Of a stretch of 64,000 nucleotides of DNA, positions 33,500 through 45,667 are shown one piece after another. The notes under the pieces were generated by a model. It had not been told where the DNA came from and made no database searches. It saw only the letters and a list, made by a program, of their open reading frames with translations. The stretch comes from Monocercomonoides exilis PA203 (lineage: Eukaryota > Protista > Preaxostyla): positions 1 through 64,000 of the forward strand of contig LSRY02000006.1 of NCBI GenBank assembly GCA_001643675.2, given 5' to 3'. Position numbers and translations under genes: made by a program. How positions within the stretch are numbered: position 1 is the first letter of the stretch; every line of letters begins with the position of its first letter.

Positions 33500-36400
33500 A
33501 TGATCATTCATCAAAAATGTGAGAATTACAAATATCGAAGAAATGAAAATTTATATCTTAACATTCACTTTTCTAGTAGCCTTCTGGCTCTACCAGCCTG
33601 CCGGAGCAGCCGCGCCTCGGCCGAGTGTGGAGGAGTTGCAGCAATATCTGGCACAGCAGAAGCAAATCATGACGCACGTGAAGCGAGCCACGCCGTTTCA
33701 GGAGCATTCTGGCCTCCAAAGAAAGGTGTTGCCTTTTTTTGAGTGAAAGCGTTTTTGCTATTTATCTATTTTTTTTTTAATAAAAAATAATGATTGTTCT
33801 CTTGAATTCCAACGCTCAACAACAACACCTGCCTTATGAATGCAGGGGAAACAACAAAAATTGGCAGACGATCAATCTTCCTCTTCTTCCTCTTCATCCA
33901 CTTCATCTTCAGTGAGTCATTCAAAATCTGACTTCGAAGCTCAGCTTGTGGAGGTGATTCAGAAGACGATGACTGAATTCACACAGAAGCTTTTGACCAC
34001 CACACAAAACACGCTGTTTGCGCAGGCAAAAGAAGGAGCCGAAAGATGCAACACAAAGCCGAAGGAAGCAGCAGCCAAACAGCCGACAGCCACACAGCAA
34101 AAGAGCGGGGCAGACAGAAGCCCCAGAGCAGCGGGCACTCCACGCCCAGCAGCCAGCAATGTCTTTTCGAGGCTCTCTTCTTCTTCTTCACCCTCTCCTT
34201 CTTCTCCATCGCCTGACTCTTCTGCCACACGAAAGAGAAGCAGCTCTTCGTCATCGCCCACAACAGCGATGCTTGCCAAGAAGTTTGAGTGTCTGAAGTC
34301 GACGCTCGACCAGTCGAAGGCGAGGCAGCTGGGGCCGAATGCATCGAAGCTTGTCCGATCGTCTCCGCCTCAGAAAAAGGCAGGCGATGGATCGAGTGTG
34401 CCATCTGTGGCGTCTCCGCTGCAAAGGAGCAGTCAGTCGCCAGGCGCCAGAAGGGTGCAGAGGCGAGTGAACATCGTCCGCCCCGACGCGTCTGTGGCGA
34501 AGCAGACAGGCTGTGCAGCGCCGAAAGAGGCAGCAGCACGCGAAGGCACATGCGCTCTGGCGGGAGAGGAGCCCCACACGCCAGTGAGGGTGCAGGGGAA
34601 GGGGCAGGCACCAGCGCTTCCATCCCTTCCGGTGCTTCCAGCGATGACGCCCACGCAGTCTCTTCGGGTGGCGCGGGAGTTTATTGTGAGTGGCGTGGCG
34701 AAGGAGAAAGAAGGCGAGCTGGATGTGGCGCTTCCGCTGTATGCGTATGCACTGGCGCTGCTGCGAGACAGCGACGAGCTGAAAGAGAAGGTGAGGAAGC
34801 TGAAGGAGAGGACAGAGAAAAAGAGGCAGCTGGAGCTGGAAAAGCGCAGGAAAGAAGAAGAAGAAGAAGAAGAAAAGGAAAAGGATAAGGATAAGGAAAA
34901 GGATGAAGGGAAAATGGAAGAAGATGTGGAAAGTGGGAAGACAAAAGAAAGCAGAGGCAGCTCAAAAAGAAGGAAAAGTGCAGAGAAAACAGAGGAAGGG
35001 AAGGAAGAAGAGAAAGCGAAGAGGAAAAGCAGCAACACGAAAAAAGACCGAAATTCCAAAAAGAGCGAAACATCTTCAGTGCCACAACGAGGAAGCAACA
35101 AAAATGTGGATGGGAAAGAAGAAAAAGAAAAAGAAAGAGAAGAAAAGAAAGAGAAGGCAAAACAAGAGAGAGGAGAAAGGAAGAAAAGCGAGAAAGCGAT
35201 TCGGATGAGAATGAAGAAGACAGAAGAGGAGGGCAGCAGCAATGTGTTTGATTACGACATGAGCGACTTTGAAGAGGAGGAAGAGGAGGAGGCATCGGCA
35301 GACGAAACAGACGGAGCATCGGAATTCCAGCTGGAGTCAGACGAAGAAGGCGGAGAGACCGACGAGGAGGAGCTGGAAGCGATTGAGCATCACCGCAAAA
35401 TCAGGCGAAGGGGAACAGCCGCAAAAAGAGGATCGACAAAGCAGAGGAGCAGCAGCAGAAGCAGCAGCAGGCAGCAAAAGGGAAAAGAGGAGACAAGCGA
35501 TCCGTCGGCGGAGGCAGTCTCGCAGATTGTGGCTTCTCTGCTTCCATCTGTGATGCTTTCATCGGCACACTCGCCAGACATCCCCCACTTCTGCACAGAC
35601 GCCGCACTGCCCAACCAGACGCCAAATGCGCTGCAAACAGCCAGCGAGCAGAGCAGCGCCAATCAGAGTGCAGTTTTTGACCCGACCATTTCGCCGACGT
35701 CGCTGCGCCTACCAGCCCTTTCGGCGGTGTCTACGCCATCGGCAGACTCGTTCCATCTTCCCCAGCTGCCGTTGGCTGGCACAACATCTCCTTCCATCTC
35801 GCTCTGCTCAGACACACAAAGCCCGTCTCCCTCTCAACTGCATCCGTTTCTCCCATCTTCACTTTCACCATCACTTTCACCATCACCATCACCATTGTCA
35901 TCATCATCAACAACAACATCATCTGCCACTTCACTCCGCAGCATCAATCTGCATTCTTTGAGGCATTCGTCAGCCAGGCGATCGGCTTTGGCATTCTCTT
36001 CGCCTCTTTCGACTGGCTATGCAGCAGTTGCCACGCCTCTTTTGCCAGATGCGAAGGTTGGCCTGCCGCTGGCTCCACTTCAGACACAGACACAGACACA
36101 GACACCCACTTCGACTGCAGACACACTTCAGACACCTTCCTTTTCTGTGACTGACACTTCAACATCTTCTTCATCATCGTCGACATCAATGCCATTTGTG
36201 CACACATCGCATCATCCGTCTCTGTCAGCCTTCAAATCTCGTTCGCTGCACTCGGCATTCACAGCAGGGGCTGAAAGCGACGAAGAGCGGGAGAACAGAG
36301 CAGAAGACAGCGCTGCGCAGAACAGCAGCACGGGAGCTGCAGCAAAAGGGAAAGAGACACTCAAAATCCGCTTTGACGACTCGGACGACGAGAAAGAGGA

Positions 36401-36863
36401 AGAAGAGGAGGAAGAGAGTGGAGAGAGTGGAGAAGGTGGAGAGAGTGGAGGAGCAGGTGCAGGGGAGAGGAGGAGGAAGAGGAGGAGGAGTGGGATGGGA
36501 TGGGTGTTGGAGAGGAGCAGCGGGGGTGCAGGCGAGGAGTGTCCGCAGAAGGAGGCGGAAGAGCGCATTCTGAGAATCCTGAACTTTGGGCAGAAGGAGG
36601 AGATCAAGCATCTGAAGGGGGTGGGAGACAAAAGAGCAACAGCCATCCTCAGCCACAGAGAAGGCACTCTGTTCAACGATGTGTGTTTCTCTTCGTCTCT
36701 CTCTTTTGTTTATTTTTTTTTTCATTTTGATGTTTGGCAAATAAATGTTTTTATTCATTCTTTCTTTCTCCTTTTCTTTCTTTCTGCTCCTTTTCAGGTG
36801 CTCGAGCTGCGGGATGTTGGCTTCTCTGAAAAGATGATCCAGGCCGTTCTGTCTTCTGGTTGA
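33500..36863 (+). CDS. Low-complexity protein with TPR-like segment and C-terminal helix-hairpin-helix DNA-binding domain (KIF22/Kid C-terminus-like)
   Basis: Predicted exons 33500-33518, 33577-33725, 33846-36680 and 36798-36863. Removing the in-frame 117-nt intron 36681-36797 gives ILRILNFGQKEEIKHLKGVGDKRATAILSHREGTLFND|VLELRDVGF. Confidence 0.75.
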
Positions 36864-37305
36864 ACGAGGCTGCAATGCGCCTCAAACACCCAATTGACTG
36901 CTGCTGAGCTGTGCTGCACGAGAAATGCGGCACTTTCTGTTTGCTGCCTTTTTTGCCTTTTTGCCTTTTCCATTTCGAGTGCTGTTGAAGAGAGCCTGCC
37001 AACCAGAAACTGATGCACAACCCATCATCTCAAGCATAACTTTTTGTTTTGTTTTATTTTATTTTTTCCAAACAGAATTGCAAAAAGCAAAAAGAAAAAA
37101 AAGAAAAGAAAAACGGTTTCCGAAGAAAGAAATATCACACAAAAAACAGAACACAAACACAAACACACACAAAAATAGCATAAAAACGGAAAGGCAAACG
37201 GAAAGGCCACAAAAGGATGTTTTGATGCAGACCACATCAAATAAGAGCAGAATGCATTTCGCTGCCCATTGCCTCATTTGAGTGATGGGTGCTTTTTGCT
37301 CAGAT

Positions 37306-40300
37306 TCATGTTGGGTCAGCTGTTGATGAGGAAGAGGAAGAAGAAGATGATGATGAAAAGGAAGAAGTGTTGGAAGGAGAAGAGGAAGGAGGCGGGAAGA
37401 AAAGAGGTTTGTGGACAGGCTTTTCAAAGAGGTTGACCGACTTGCTGCCAGGCGACGGGAACGAGAGGAACTTTGCGAACGACGACGACGAGCGCCCGAG
37501 AGGCAGCCCCCGCGACAGAGACAGTGCTGTTCCAGGCAGCGCAACCGAAGACGGCGAAATCGCCATCAGCGCCGACAGCTCAGGCAAGTGCTGGCTATCT
37601 GCTGCTGAATGGGATGTTGGATGGGATGCTGTGCTGACAGGAGAGTGAGAAGGAGCACATTCTGCTTCTGAGGCAGAGGCAGAGGCAGAGGCAGCAGCAG
37701 ACACAGCAGCAGACACAGTCACCGCAGCTGCCGAGGCAGATGCAGCACTCGACGACGACGACGACGACGAAGAAGAAGAAGAAGAAGAAGAAGAAGGGGA
37801 GGAGGAGGAGGCAGGCGACGCAGCTGCCGAAGGCGCCAGATGGCCTGTGCCTGGGCTGAGCTGCAGGTGGCTCGCAAACGGAGGGAACGAGTGCGAGATG
37901 ATGTGCTGCGAGATCAGATACTCGTCTTCTGCACACACACTCGGCACTGCCGGGTTCATCCCTTTTGCCTTGCCTGCCTTCTTCCCCTTTCGCTTCCCCT
38001 TCGGCCTCAGCACCTTCCTCTCCACGCTCCTCCGCATGCTCCCTTTCCGCCTCCCCCGCTTCCGCTGCGCTGCTGCCGGCTGCCGAATTGGCCGAAACAT
38101 TGCAAACGACCCGGCCTCAGACGCTGTTGGCGACACAGCTGGAACAATGTACAGCGGAGAGGGGCGGTGTATTGCAGATGGGGATGAGGCTGAGGATGTT
38201 GAGGATGTTGATGATAAGTGCATTGGCGTCGGTGAATGTGAAGGAGAACGTGAAGGTGAATGTGAAGGCGAAGGCAAAAGCACAGGAGACGGGGAATGTC
38301 TGTGCACATCTGGCGTTGCAGCTTGTGCGCTCGGCGAAGCAGAAAGTTTTGTCTGCTTTGTTGTGATGCTATCCAAAAGCGATTCTGTCTCTCGCTTCAG
38401 CTGGCTGGTTGCATCGCCTGGCTGGCCCTGCTCCAAATCGTCCTGCCGCTCTGCACCTTCCACACTCCCCTTTTCAGCTTGCTCGCCTTCGGCTGCTTCC
38501 TTCGGCTTCCCCGACGAATCGGCTGGCGGCCGGCGCAAAGCAGCCTCCGAAAACTTCAGCCGGTCGAACAGCGCAAACGGCGAGAGAGGAAGCGCCTGGC
38601 CTGCCCGGCTGCTGTCTGCCAGCGGAACCATCTGAATCCTTGGCAGCAGAGAAGACGCCTTTGCCCCTGCCTCGCCCTCCCGCACCAAAGCAGCCGCAAA
38701 GCCTGCCTCGCCAGAAAGCACACCTGGCGCCACAGCATGCGGAAGGCGGACAGGCGGCGAGGACGAAAGACTCCGCTTTGCCTGCGCATCTGGCAGCGGA
38801 ACCAGATCGAGCGGGTGAGGATCAAACAGCGCAGCTGTGGCGGTGGTGGGCAGCGTGTGCAGCTGAGACATCGGCTGTGCCACGGGCAGCGCACTCCCCA
38901 CGCCTTGCTTCGTCACCGGCGAGGAGGCAGCAGTCGCCTCGCTCGCCCCGTGGCTGCGCTGACTCTGCGGCGTCGCCAGCGCTTTTGTCGGATGCGGCGG
39001 CGACTCCACAAAAGAACGGGCTGGCGAACGCCCGGGCAGGCGCTCTGCTTTCGGCTGCTGTGCCAAGCGCCGCCGCTCAGCTGCACCCGAAAACGGACGA
39101 GGAGGCACGCGGATGCCCAGCCGTGCCACCACACGCTCAAGCGGCTCATCTGAATCTGCCTCATCTTCACCTCCGCTGTTGTTGTTGCTGCTGCTTCTGC
39201 TGCTGCTCATGTCGATATCGCTGTCGCTGTCGCTGTCGCTGTCGCTCTCTTCATTCAGACGGAGATTCAACAAAATCTCATCCCCAACTGCTTCTGCTTC
39301 CGCTTTTGCTTCAATCGCTCTCTTCTTTTTCTCTTTCTTCTTTTTCTCTTCTGAAGCATCATCATCATCATCATCATTGTTTGAAAAAGAAGAAGAAGAA
39401 GAAGAAGAAGAAGAGCGATGTGCTTGTGTGTTCTGCCTGCCATCCTCATCCCCTGCAATGCTGCTCTCCTCGTCTTCCTTGCCAAACCTTGTCTCGTCTG
39501 AATGCACATCGCTTTTGCTGTCGAAGTTGCCTGCCAATCCGCCCAAAGAAGAGCACCCCTTTCTGAGCTGTCTGCTGTGCTCAGCTGCTGCACCAATCGA
39601 ACGGGGTGACGATGACTGCGAAGACAAGCCCTCACCAAAATGCTCCTCGGTTGGTGTCTGAATCGGAGAGTTCAGAAAAGACGAGTCGCTGTTCGAAAAA
39701 GGATCTTCCAATTCGTCTTCTTCTCTTGCTTCTTCTTCTTCTTCTTCTTCTTCCATTTTCTCTTTTTCTTTTTCTTTTGCACCCTCCTCTTTTTGCCAAA
39801 CAGCATCCAGATTGCTTTTCTCTTCCTCCTCTCCCTCATTCTCTCTTTCATTTCCCTCTTTTTTATCTTCCTTTCCTTCTTCCTCTTCTTCCTCTTCTGG
39901 CTGTTCTGCTTCTGCTCTTCCATCCTCTTCGTTCTCTTCGTTCTCTTCATCCTCTTCGTTCTCTCCATTCAGCTCTTTCTGAATGCTTCCCGCTGCCTTT
40001 CGCTTCCTCCTCCTTCGCAGCCTTTTCGAGCGGCTCGGCGCAGACCAATCCAAAACACGCGATCTCTTCTTTCTCGAAGCTGCCTTCGAAGACACCTGAA
40101 AAGACGCTGAATGTCTGGCCACTTTTGCTGGCTGTGTCTGTTCTGCACCATCGACTGCAATCCTTTTGCTCTCTTCTGCAGCTGCCTCATCCTCCCACAC
40201 ACCCAAGCTCCGATCTTTGGTTGCTGGCGAAAAGGGCGAAAAAGACAATGGAGGTGGAGGCGGCGATGAAATTGGACTTTCAACAGGAAACGAGGAGAGA

Positions 40301-43300
40301 AGCAGCAGAAGCTCCTTTTTCATCGGTTTCTTGTGCTTCCCAACCACAAAAGCGCTGCTTCCACTCTCAAATCCTGTTTTCTGGCTGTCTTCGCCTTCGT
40401 CCTTGCAACTTCGCGAGTTGTGGGTGGCAACACTCTCAAACACACTCTCTGCCAGCAGCGGAGCAGACAACTCATCTTCAGCTGCTCTGCCAATCGCATC
40501 ACGTGAAGTGTCGCCTGCAAACCCAGCTTCATCCAAAGAATCTGATGGCATATCATCTCTTCCTCTGCTTTCCTCTGCTTTCTCTTCTGCTCCATCCTCC
40601 CTGTCTCTTCTGCTGCTTCTATTGCTGCTTCTGTGCTCGTCTGCCCCTTCCACTTTGTCTGTGCTGCCTTGACTGTCTTCTGAGCATCGCATGTTTTCAT
40701 CCTCTTTTTCCATCCAATGCTCCTCCACAGCATTTGCCCCGCCTTCTTTCGTCTGCCCATCTGCTGCAGATTCTGAAACTGACTCCGATTCCGACACTTT
40801 TGGCAATGCCAGCAGCGGCAATCCATCTTTCATTTCTGCCTCTCCGTTGGATGGCTGCTGCGCATGCTGAACATCCGCCAAGAGCTGTTTCTGTGCTTCT
40901 TCACCCATCCCGCTCACCCCTTCCTCAAACAACGTCTCATATTCTCGTCTCCGACGCCGCGCTTTTTTCTTCCCATTCGAAGCTCCTTTTGTTGCCACAG
41001 CTGCTTCCACAGCTGCTTCCTTCTCTGGTTTTGCTTCTGCTGTCCCTTTTCCTTCATCTTCTTTCTCAGAATCACCATCTTCGTCTTTTGCAATCAGAAT
41101 GACTCTTTTCGTCTGTTGCCCTCTGACCGAAGATCCTTCACGTGCATCGCTGATTCTCCCATCCAAACCCAAATGCTCCTTCTTCCCAGCACTTTCGCCC
41201 TTTCCCCCCTCTCCTTTCAGATCCCCTGTTCTTTCTGCTTTCTCAGCATTTCCCTCCTCGCTTTGCCCAGCCTCCCTTCCATCCCTTCCATCCCTTCCCT
41301 TCCCTTCTTCCTTTGCTCCTTTCCCCTGCCATCTCGCTTCTGGCCGTGCTGCCCGCCTCCCTGCTCTGCTGTCTGCCCTTTTCCTCCTCCGCGGAGGTGT
41401 CGGCCTCCACTCTTTTTCGCTGTCTCCATCGTCTTCCTCTTCCTCTTCTTCCTCTTTCACTTCCTTTCTGCTCTTTTCTCCTTTTCCTTCTGCTGCCTCT
41501 TCCTTCTTTGCTTCATCATTTCCCTTCGCACTCTGCTTTTCTTCCTCTTTTTCTGTCTCTGTCGCAACACTGTCTTCTGCTTCTTCTGCCTCTTCTGCCT
41601 CTCTTTCACCCAGCCGCATCCTCTTCCCATTGCCTCCACTGCCTCCTGCCCCGCTTCTCTCTTTCAATGCTTCCAGTCTGCCCTCTTCAAACATCCTTTT
41701 TCTCGGCGCTGCCTCGTCTGCTCTCTCTTTCGCATTCACCTCTTGCAACTCAAGCCCCTGCCGCCTTCTTTTCGCTCTGCCCTGCCACGATCCCCTGCTT
41801 TTCAGCAGACGTCTGACAATCCCTCGTTTCACTCCTCTCCTTTTTTCTTCATTCTCCGCCTCATCCTTCCTGCTCCCAGCGGCGCCTTCTTCTGCTCCTT
41901 CTTTTGTCTCCTCAGCAGAATCACCCATTTCACCGCTGGGGCAGCCATCCCACTCAGACGGATGCGCAGCCAGGTGCCCAGCTCCAGCACTGCCCTCTCC
42001 CTCAGACTCCGTCTCTTCGCTGTCTGCTCTGCTTTCTTCATCCACCTCCCCATCCCCCTCAAATGCGCTGCTTCGACCAGCTCCTGCCTTCTCATCTGCC
42101 CCAGCCTTCCTCTTCCTTCTGCTCCGATGCTCCTGCACCGCCTGGCGCCACAGCTGCCACGCCAAAAAGAAAGGAAAACAAGAGCCTGCAAACAGCGACC
42201 TCTTCTGTGGTTTTTGTGTTTCCGATGCTGGCAATGCTGGTGATGCTGGCAATGCTGGTGATGCTGACAATGCATTCACTTCTGATCCCAGCTGCGTGTC
42301 TGCTCTGCCTTCTCCATTCTCTGCATCGCCAGCTGAGCCTGCTTTGTCGCTCTTTGGCTCAGCCGAAGAAGTCAGTGAAGAGGAAGAGGAAACGGAAGAT
42401 GAAGAGGAAGAGGAAATTGAATTTGCATTTGTTGTTGTTGTTGCTGTTGGAGGAGGAGGAGGTGGTGGTGGTGGAATTGATGATAAACATTCGCTCTTCT
42501 CTTTCTTTTCCGAAAACAGTCGAAAAAGACTGCTCAGCGGAGAAGACGACCGAATGATTGCTTCTGTTGCACGCTTCCTCTCAAAAGCAGGCGTTGCGCA
42601 CAAACAATGCTGGCTCCACTTTGGCGAGTCAAACTGATTGGAAAGGAGCTCAGACGAGCCCAGCGATGATGCAGTTCTCTTGTGCGAAGGATGAGAAGAA
42701 TGAGAAGTCGGTGAGAGCGACATGCCATCTGACACTGGATGGCGCAAGGCATCCAAGCTGTTGTGTTTCTTCTGCTTCTGCCGCTCCGCTTGCATTCGCC
42801 TGGCGCTCTTCTGCTTCTCTCCAGACAACTTCTGCTGCTCCCCAATCACTCTTCTTCCCTTTGTGCTTTGCGCTCCCTCTTTTCCAACCACTCTCTTCGG
42901 AATCGATTGCTCCTTCATCAAAGCGCCTGCTCTCCTTCTGCTCCCATTCCCCTCAAGAGCATCGCCTCCTCCATTTCTGCTTTGGTTTCTCGTTCTCGTT
43001 CTCGTTCTGGCAGCGCTGCTGTTCAGCCCCCGAAACGAGAATGTCCGATGGAAGGCGCCAAACCCATGCGGCTGCCGTCGCACCTGAAGCCCCAGCACCT
43101 TCGTCTCTGCCTTCATTCTGCTGTATTTCCTCCGCAGCTCCTCTGCCTCCTCAATTCTGCTCTGCTCCTCAAGCTCCATCTCCAGCGCTGCTCCTTTCTC
43201 TCGCACTCCTCCTTCTCCGCTTCGCCCTTCCCGCGTCTCCCTCAGCCGAGCCGCTTTCTTCTCACACCGCCCATTCCCCAGCTTCTGCTCTTGCTTCTCC

Positions 43301-44043
43301 AGCAAAAAATGCTCATCTGCACGATGATGCCGAATTCTGCTGCGTCTGCTGTGCTTGCGATGCATTTCATGAATCTGCTCTTCACTGCCCAAAATGTTCT
43401 CTCGCGGGTGACTCAGCAAGCGCTCTCCCAGAACAAGGCGCTCTTTCATCTGCTCCTTCTCGTTTGGTGCTTCTCTCTGGTGCATGTGTTCATTCCGATG
43501 ATGATGATGATGGTGGTGGTGGTGGTGATTTGGACGGTGATGATGGTGGTGATGGTGCGACTGGTCGTTCTGAGACAAAGGTTGAGCAGCCCGTGTTTGT
43601 TGCTTCGAAGGCGGAAATGAGCTGCGAGACGGAGAAGTCGCCCTCAGCGCTTGTGAAGGATCTGCTGCGTCTGCTGCTCCCAGACACCGATCGTAGTCCG
43701 CATGGAAATATTGTGCGCGCGCAGATGGAGACGAAACACTCTGCGACGGCACAGAAGGCAACACCTGCCGCTCCGGCGTCCACGAAAACGACGACGGGCT
43801 CCGTCGGCTTCCAGGCGGCGTCAGCTGCGCAGCTGGCGCATCGTCAAGCAGACGCGAAGTCACGAAGACCGACGAGCCTGGCGTTTTGTTCTCCTGGCTG
43901 ATGCTGAACAAATACCCATCTCCTGCACGCTGTTGCTGCTGATGCTGATGCTGATGCTGATGCTGTTGATGCTGCTGCATGCGCCCGCTCTTGTCAACGC
44001 GCCTCGATATCTTCTCAATCAGCATCATGAACTGAGCTGCCAA
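37306..44043 (-). CDS. Large low-complexity, probably disordered hypothetical protein (~2245 aa)
   Basis: 6.7 kb stop-free frame rich in E/S/K/R/H/Q runs with no recognisable domain. The true start may lie in upstream exons (44100-44600). Confidence 0.7.
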   Translation of the reverse strand: MAAQFMMLIEKISRRVDKSGRMQQHQQHQHQHQHQQQQRAGDGYLFSISQENKTPGSSVFVTSRLLDDAPAAQLTPPGSRRSPSSFSWTPERQVLPSVPSQSVSSPSARAQYFHADYDRCLGAADAADPSQALRATSPSRSSFPPSKQQTRAAQPLSQNDQSHHHHHHHRPNHHHHHHHHHHRNEHMHQREAPNEKEQMKERLVLGERLLSHPRENILGSEEQIHEMHRKHSRRSRIRHHRADEHFLLEKQEQKLGNGRCEKKAARLRETREGRSGEGGVREKGAALEMELEEQSRIEEAEELRRKYSRMKAETKVLGLQVRRQPHGFGAFHRTFSFRGLNSSAARTRTRTRNQSRNGGGDALEGNGSRRRAGALMKEQSIPKRVVGKEGAQSTKGRRVIGEQQKLSGEKQKSARRMQAERQKQKKHNSLDALRHPVSDGMSLSPTSHSSHPSHKRTASSLGSSELLSNQFDSPKWSQHCLCATPAFERKRATEAIIRSSSPLSSLFRLFSEKKEKSECLSSIPPPPPPPPPTATTTTNANSISSSSSSSVSSSSSLTSSAEPKSDKAGSAGDAENGEGRADTQLGSEVNALSASPALPASPALPASETQKPQKRSLFAGSCFPFFLAWQLWRQAVQEHRSRRKRKAGADEKAGAGRSSAFEGDGEVDEESRADSEETESEGEGSAGAGHLAAHPSEWDGCPSGEMGDSAEETKEGAEEGAAGSRKDEAENEEKRRGVKRGIVRRLLKSRGSWQGRAKRRRQGLELQEVNAKERADEAAPRKRMFEEGRLEALKERSGAGGSGGNGKRMRLGEREAEEAEEAEDSVATETEKEEEKQSAKGNDEAKKEEAAEGKGEKSRKEVKEEEEEEEDDGDSEKEWRPTPPRRRKRADSRAGRRAARPEARWQGKGAKEEGKGRDGRDGREAGQSEEGNAEKAERTGDLKGEGGKGESAGKKEHLGLDGRISDAREGSSVRGQQTKRVILIAKDEDGDSEKEDEGKGTAEAKPEKEAAVEAAVATKGASNGKKKARRRRREYETLFEEGVSGMGEEAQKQLLADVQHAQQPSNGEAEMKDGLPLLALPKVSESESVSESAADGQTKEGGANAVEEHWMEKEDENMRCSEDSQGSTDKVEGADEHRSSNRSSRRDREDGAEEKAEESRGRDDMPSDSLDEAGFAGDTSRDAIGRAAEDELSAPLLAESVFESVATHNSRSCKDEGEDSQKTGFESGSSAFVVGKHKKPMKKELLLLLSSFPVESPISSPPPPPLSFSPFSPATKDRSLGVWEDEAAAEESKRIAVDGAEQTQPAKVARHSASFQVSSKAASRKKRSRVLDWSAPSRSKRLRRRRKRKAAGSIQKELNGENEEDEENEENEEDGRAEAEQPEEEEEEEGKEDKKEGNERENEGEEEEKSNLDAVWQKEEGAKEKEKEKMEEEEEEEEAREEDELEDPFSNSDSSFLNSPIQTPTEEHFGEGLSSQSSSPRSIGAAAEHSRQLRKGCSSLGGLAGNFDSKSDVHSDETRFGKEDEESSIAGDEDGRQNTQAHRSSSSSSSSSFSNNDDDDDDASEEKKKKEKKKRAIEAKAEAEAVGDEILLNLRLNEESDSDSDSDSDIDMSSSRSSSNNNSGGEDEADSDEPLERVVARLGIRVPPRPFSGAAERRRLAQQPKAERLPGRSPARSFVESPPHPTKALATPQSQRSHGASEATAASSPVTKQGVGSALPVAQPMSQLHTLPTTATAALFDPHPLDLVPLPDAQAKRSLSSSPPVRLPHAVAPGVLSGEAGFAAALVREGEAGAKASSLLPRIQMVPLADSSRAGQALPLSPFALFDRLKFSEAALRRPPADSSGKPKEAAEGEQAEKGSVEGAERQDDLEQGQPGDATSQLKRETESLLDSITTKQTKLSASPSAQAATPDVHRHSPSPVLLPSPSHSPSRSPSHSPTPMHLSSTSSTSSASSPSAIHRPSPLYIVPAVSPTASEAGSFAMFRPIRQPAAAQRKRGRRKGSMRRSVERKVLRPKGKRKGKKAGKAKGMNPAVPSVCAEDEYLISQHIISHSFPPFASHLQLSPGTGHLAPSAAASPASSSSPSSSSSSSSSSSSSSSSAASASAAAVTVSAAVSAAASASASASEAECAPSHSPVSTASHPTSHSAADSQHLPELSALMAISPSSVALPGTALSLSRGLPLGRSSSSFAKFLSFPSPGSKSVNLFEKPVHKPLFFPPPSSSPSNTSSFSSSSSSSSSSSTADPT

Positions 44044-45667
44044 TGAAGCAAGTTGAGGGAAAAAATGAAAGTGAAAGTGGAAAAAAGTCGCATTTGGGAA
44101 GCGTGTGAAATGAAGGCAGAATTATGTGATTGAAAGAAATATCTGTTTAAAAAAAAAGAAAAGAAAAACAAAAATGGAGCACAAACGCTTGACCAGCTGC
44201 AACATCTTGTACGCCCCGCCAAGTTTCTCGCGCACTCCAGCCAAGCCCTGTCCCGCGCATCAGGGTCGCAGCAGCAGTGTTCCATTCAAAAAAGAAAAAA
44301 AAAAGCAAAAACAGCAAAAGGAAAGTGTGGAGAGAAAAAGATATCCGCAATGCACCTGCGCCGCAAAAGGAAGTCAATACCTGCTGCTCTGCCGCAAGAG
44401 TTATTGCGCGGTGTATCTTTTCAATTTCGTCAAAATGCAAAAACCTCTGGAAAAACAAAAGAAGACAAACATCCTCAAAGGTCGCAACGATGTCCATGGA
44501 ATTCAAGCGGAAATGTCCGTCTTCCACAGCCTGCAGCCCTGGAGACATCCCCGAAATCATGTGCAAACAGCCTTTTCACAATCTCACTTTTTGCTTGAAA
44601 AAGGACTTATGGCAGTCCAGAAATTGAAAAAATGCCCGTTTAAATTGACATCATCCAGAAAATATCTGATTGAAAAAACGGAAAGCTCTGGGGGGAAAAA
44701 GAACTGAATGATTGTTTGCGTTGAATTTCGAGTTTCTGGATTTTGTGAATTGCCTTTGAAACAAACAATCAAAACAAAAAATGAAAAAATTCTTCTTTTT
44801 CACTCACTTTTTTTGGAGTGCAAATATTCATCCTCCAGCGTTTTCACATTGACACATTTTGTGATTGTGAAGGAATAATCTGAAATTGAAAATATATGAT
44901 TTGAAAAAAATGAAAACTCATTCTTTTTGGTGGTTTCACTTCATTTCTCTTCTTGAAGGAAAACTGTTTGTTTGAACAAGAAAAAGAAAATGATGATATG
45001 ATTTTTGTTTCCATTCTTCCACAACAGATTCTTGTTGCCCAATGATCCTTTTCTGCAGTTTTCGCAAATGGCTCAACACAAATGCCTGAAATGTTCAATT
45101 CAAATGTTGCACAAGCACCTTTCAAATAACCTTTTGTTTGATGGCTGTCAATCCAAAACATCTGAATTTTCATGCACACTCAAAGCAGCTTCTATTGCTG
45201 AAAGCCACACAAAAAAAGAAAAACTGAAAACAGAAGGAGGTGTTTGCCATTGTTGCTTGTGCGTTGAATGCTCAAAAAAGATTCAAGTTGATCGTCAAAT
45301 CGCAATCTTTTTCTCTCCAAAATCGCATTCTCATCATCAAGCAAGCAAATGGAAACACCACATCTGAAGTGAAATGTTCTTTGACGCACATTTTATCGAG
45401 ATCAACTTTTGAACAAGCATCTATCATTCGCGTTTCTCTTTGAAGCATTCACCTTTTCATCTTTTCCATTTCCATTTCCTTTTCCTTTTCCATTTTCCTT
45501 TTTGACCTTTTGCTTGAAGCTTCCGAGCATTGAATCAAAAAAAAGGAAAGGAAAGGCTTCTGATTGCAAATGCTTGAAATGTGAAATTCCAATTTTTTCA
45601 ACATCTCCCCTTTCGTTGTGCTTCCTCATCACCCATCTTCACTCTCCACATTTCTTTCTCACTCTTT

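Noticed and set aside
33959-44046. Many long overlapping or antisense ORFs (e.g. 39606-41102, 41099-42637, 42558-43901)
   Set aside because: Expected shadows of GC-rich low-complexity coding sequence with few stops on the opposite strand.
44126-45443. Independent gene between the two large ORFs
   Set aside because: The coding-like minus-strand pieces may be upstream exons of the 2245-aa gene; no structure can be supported.
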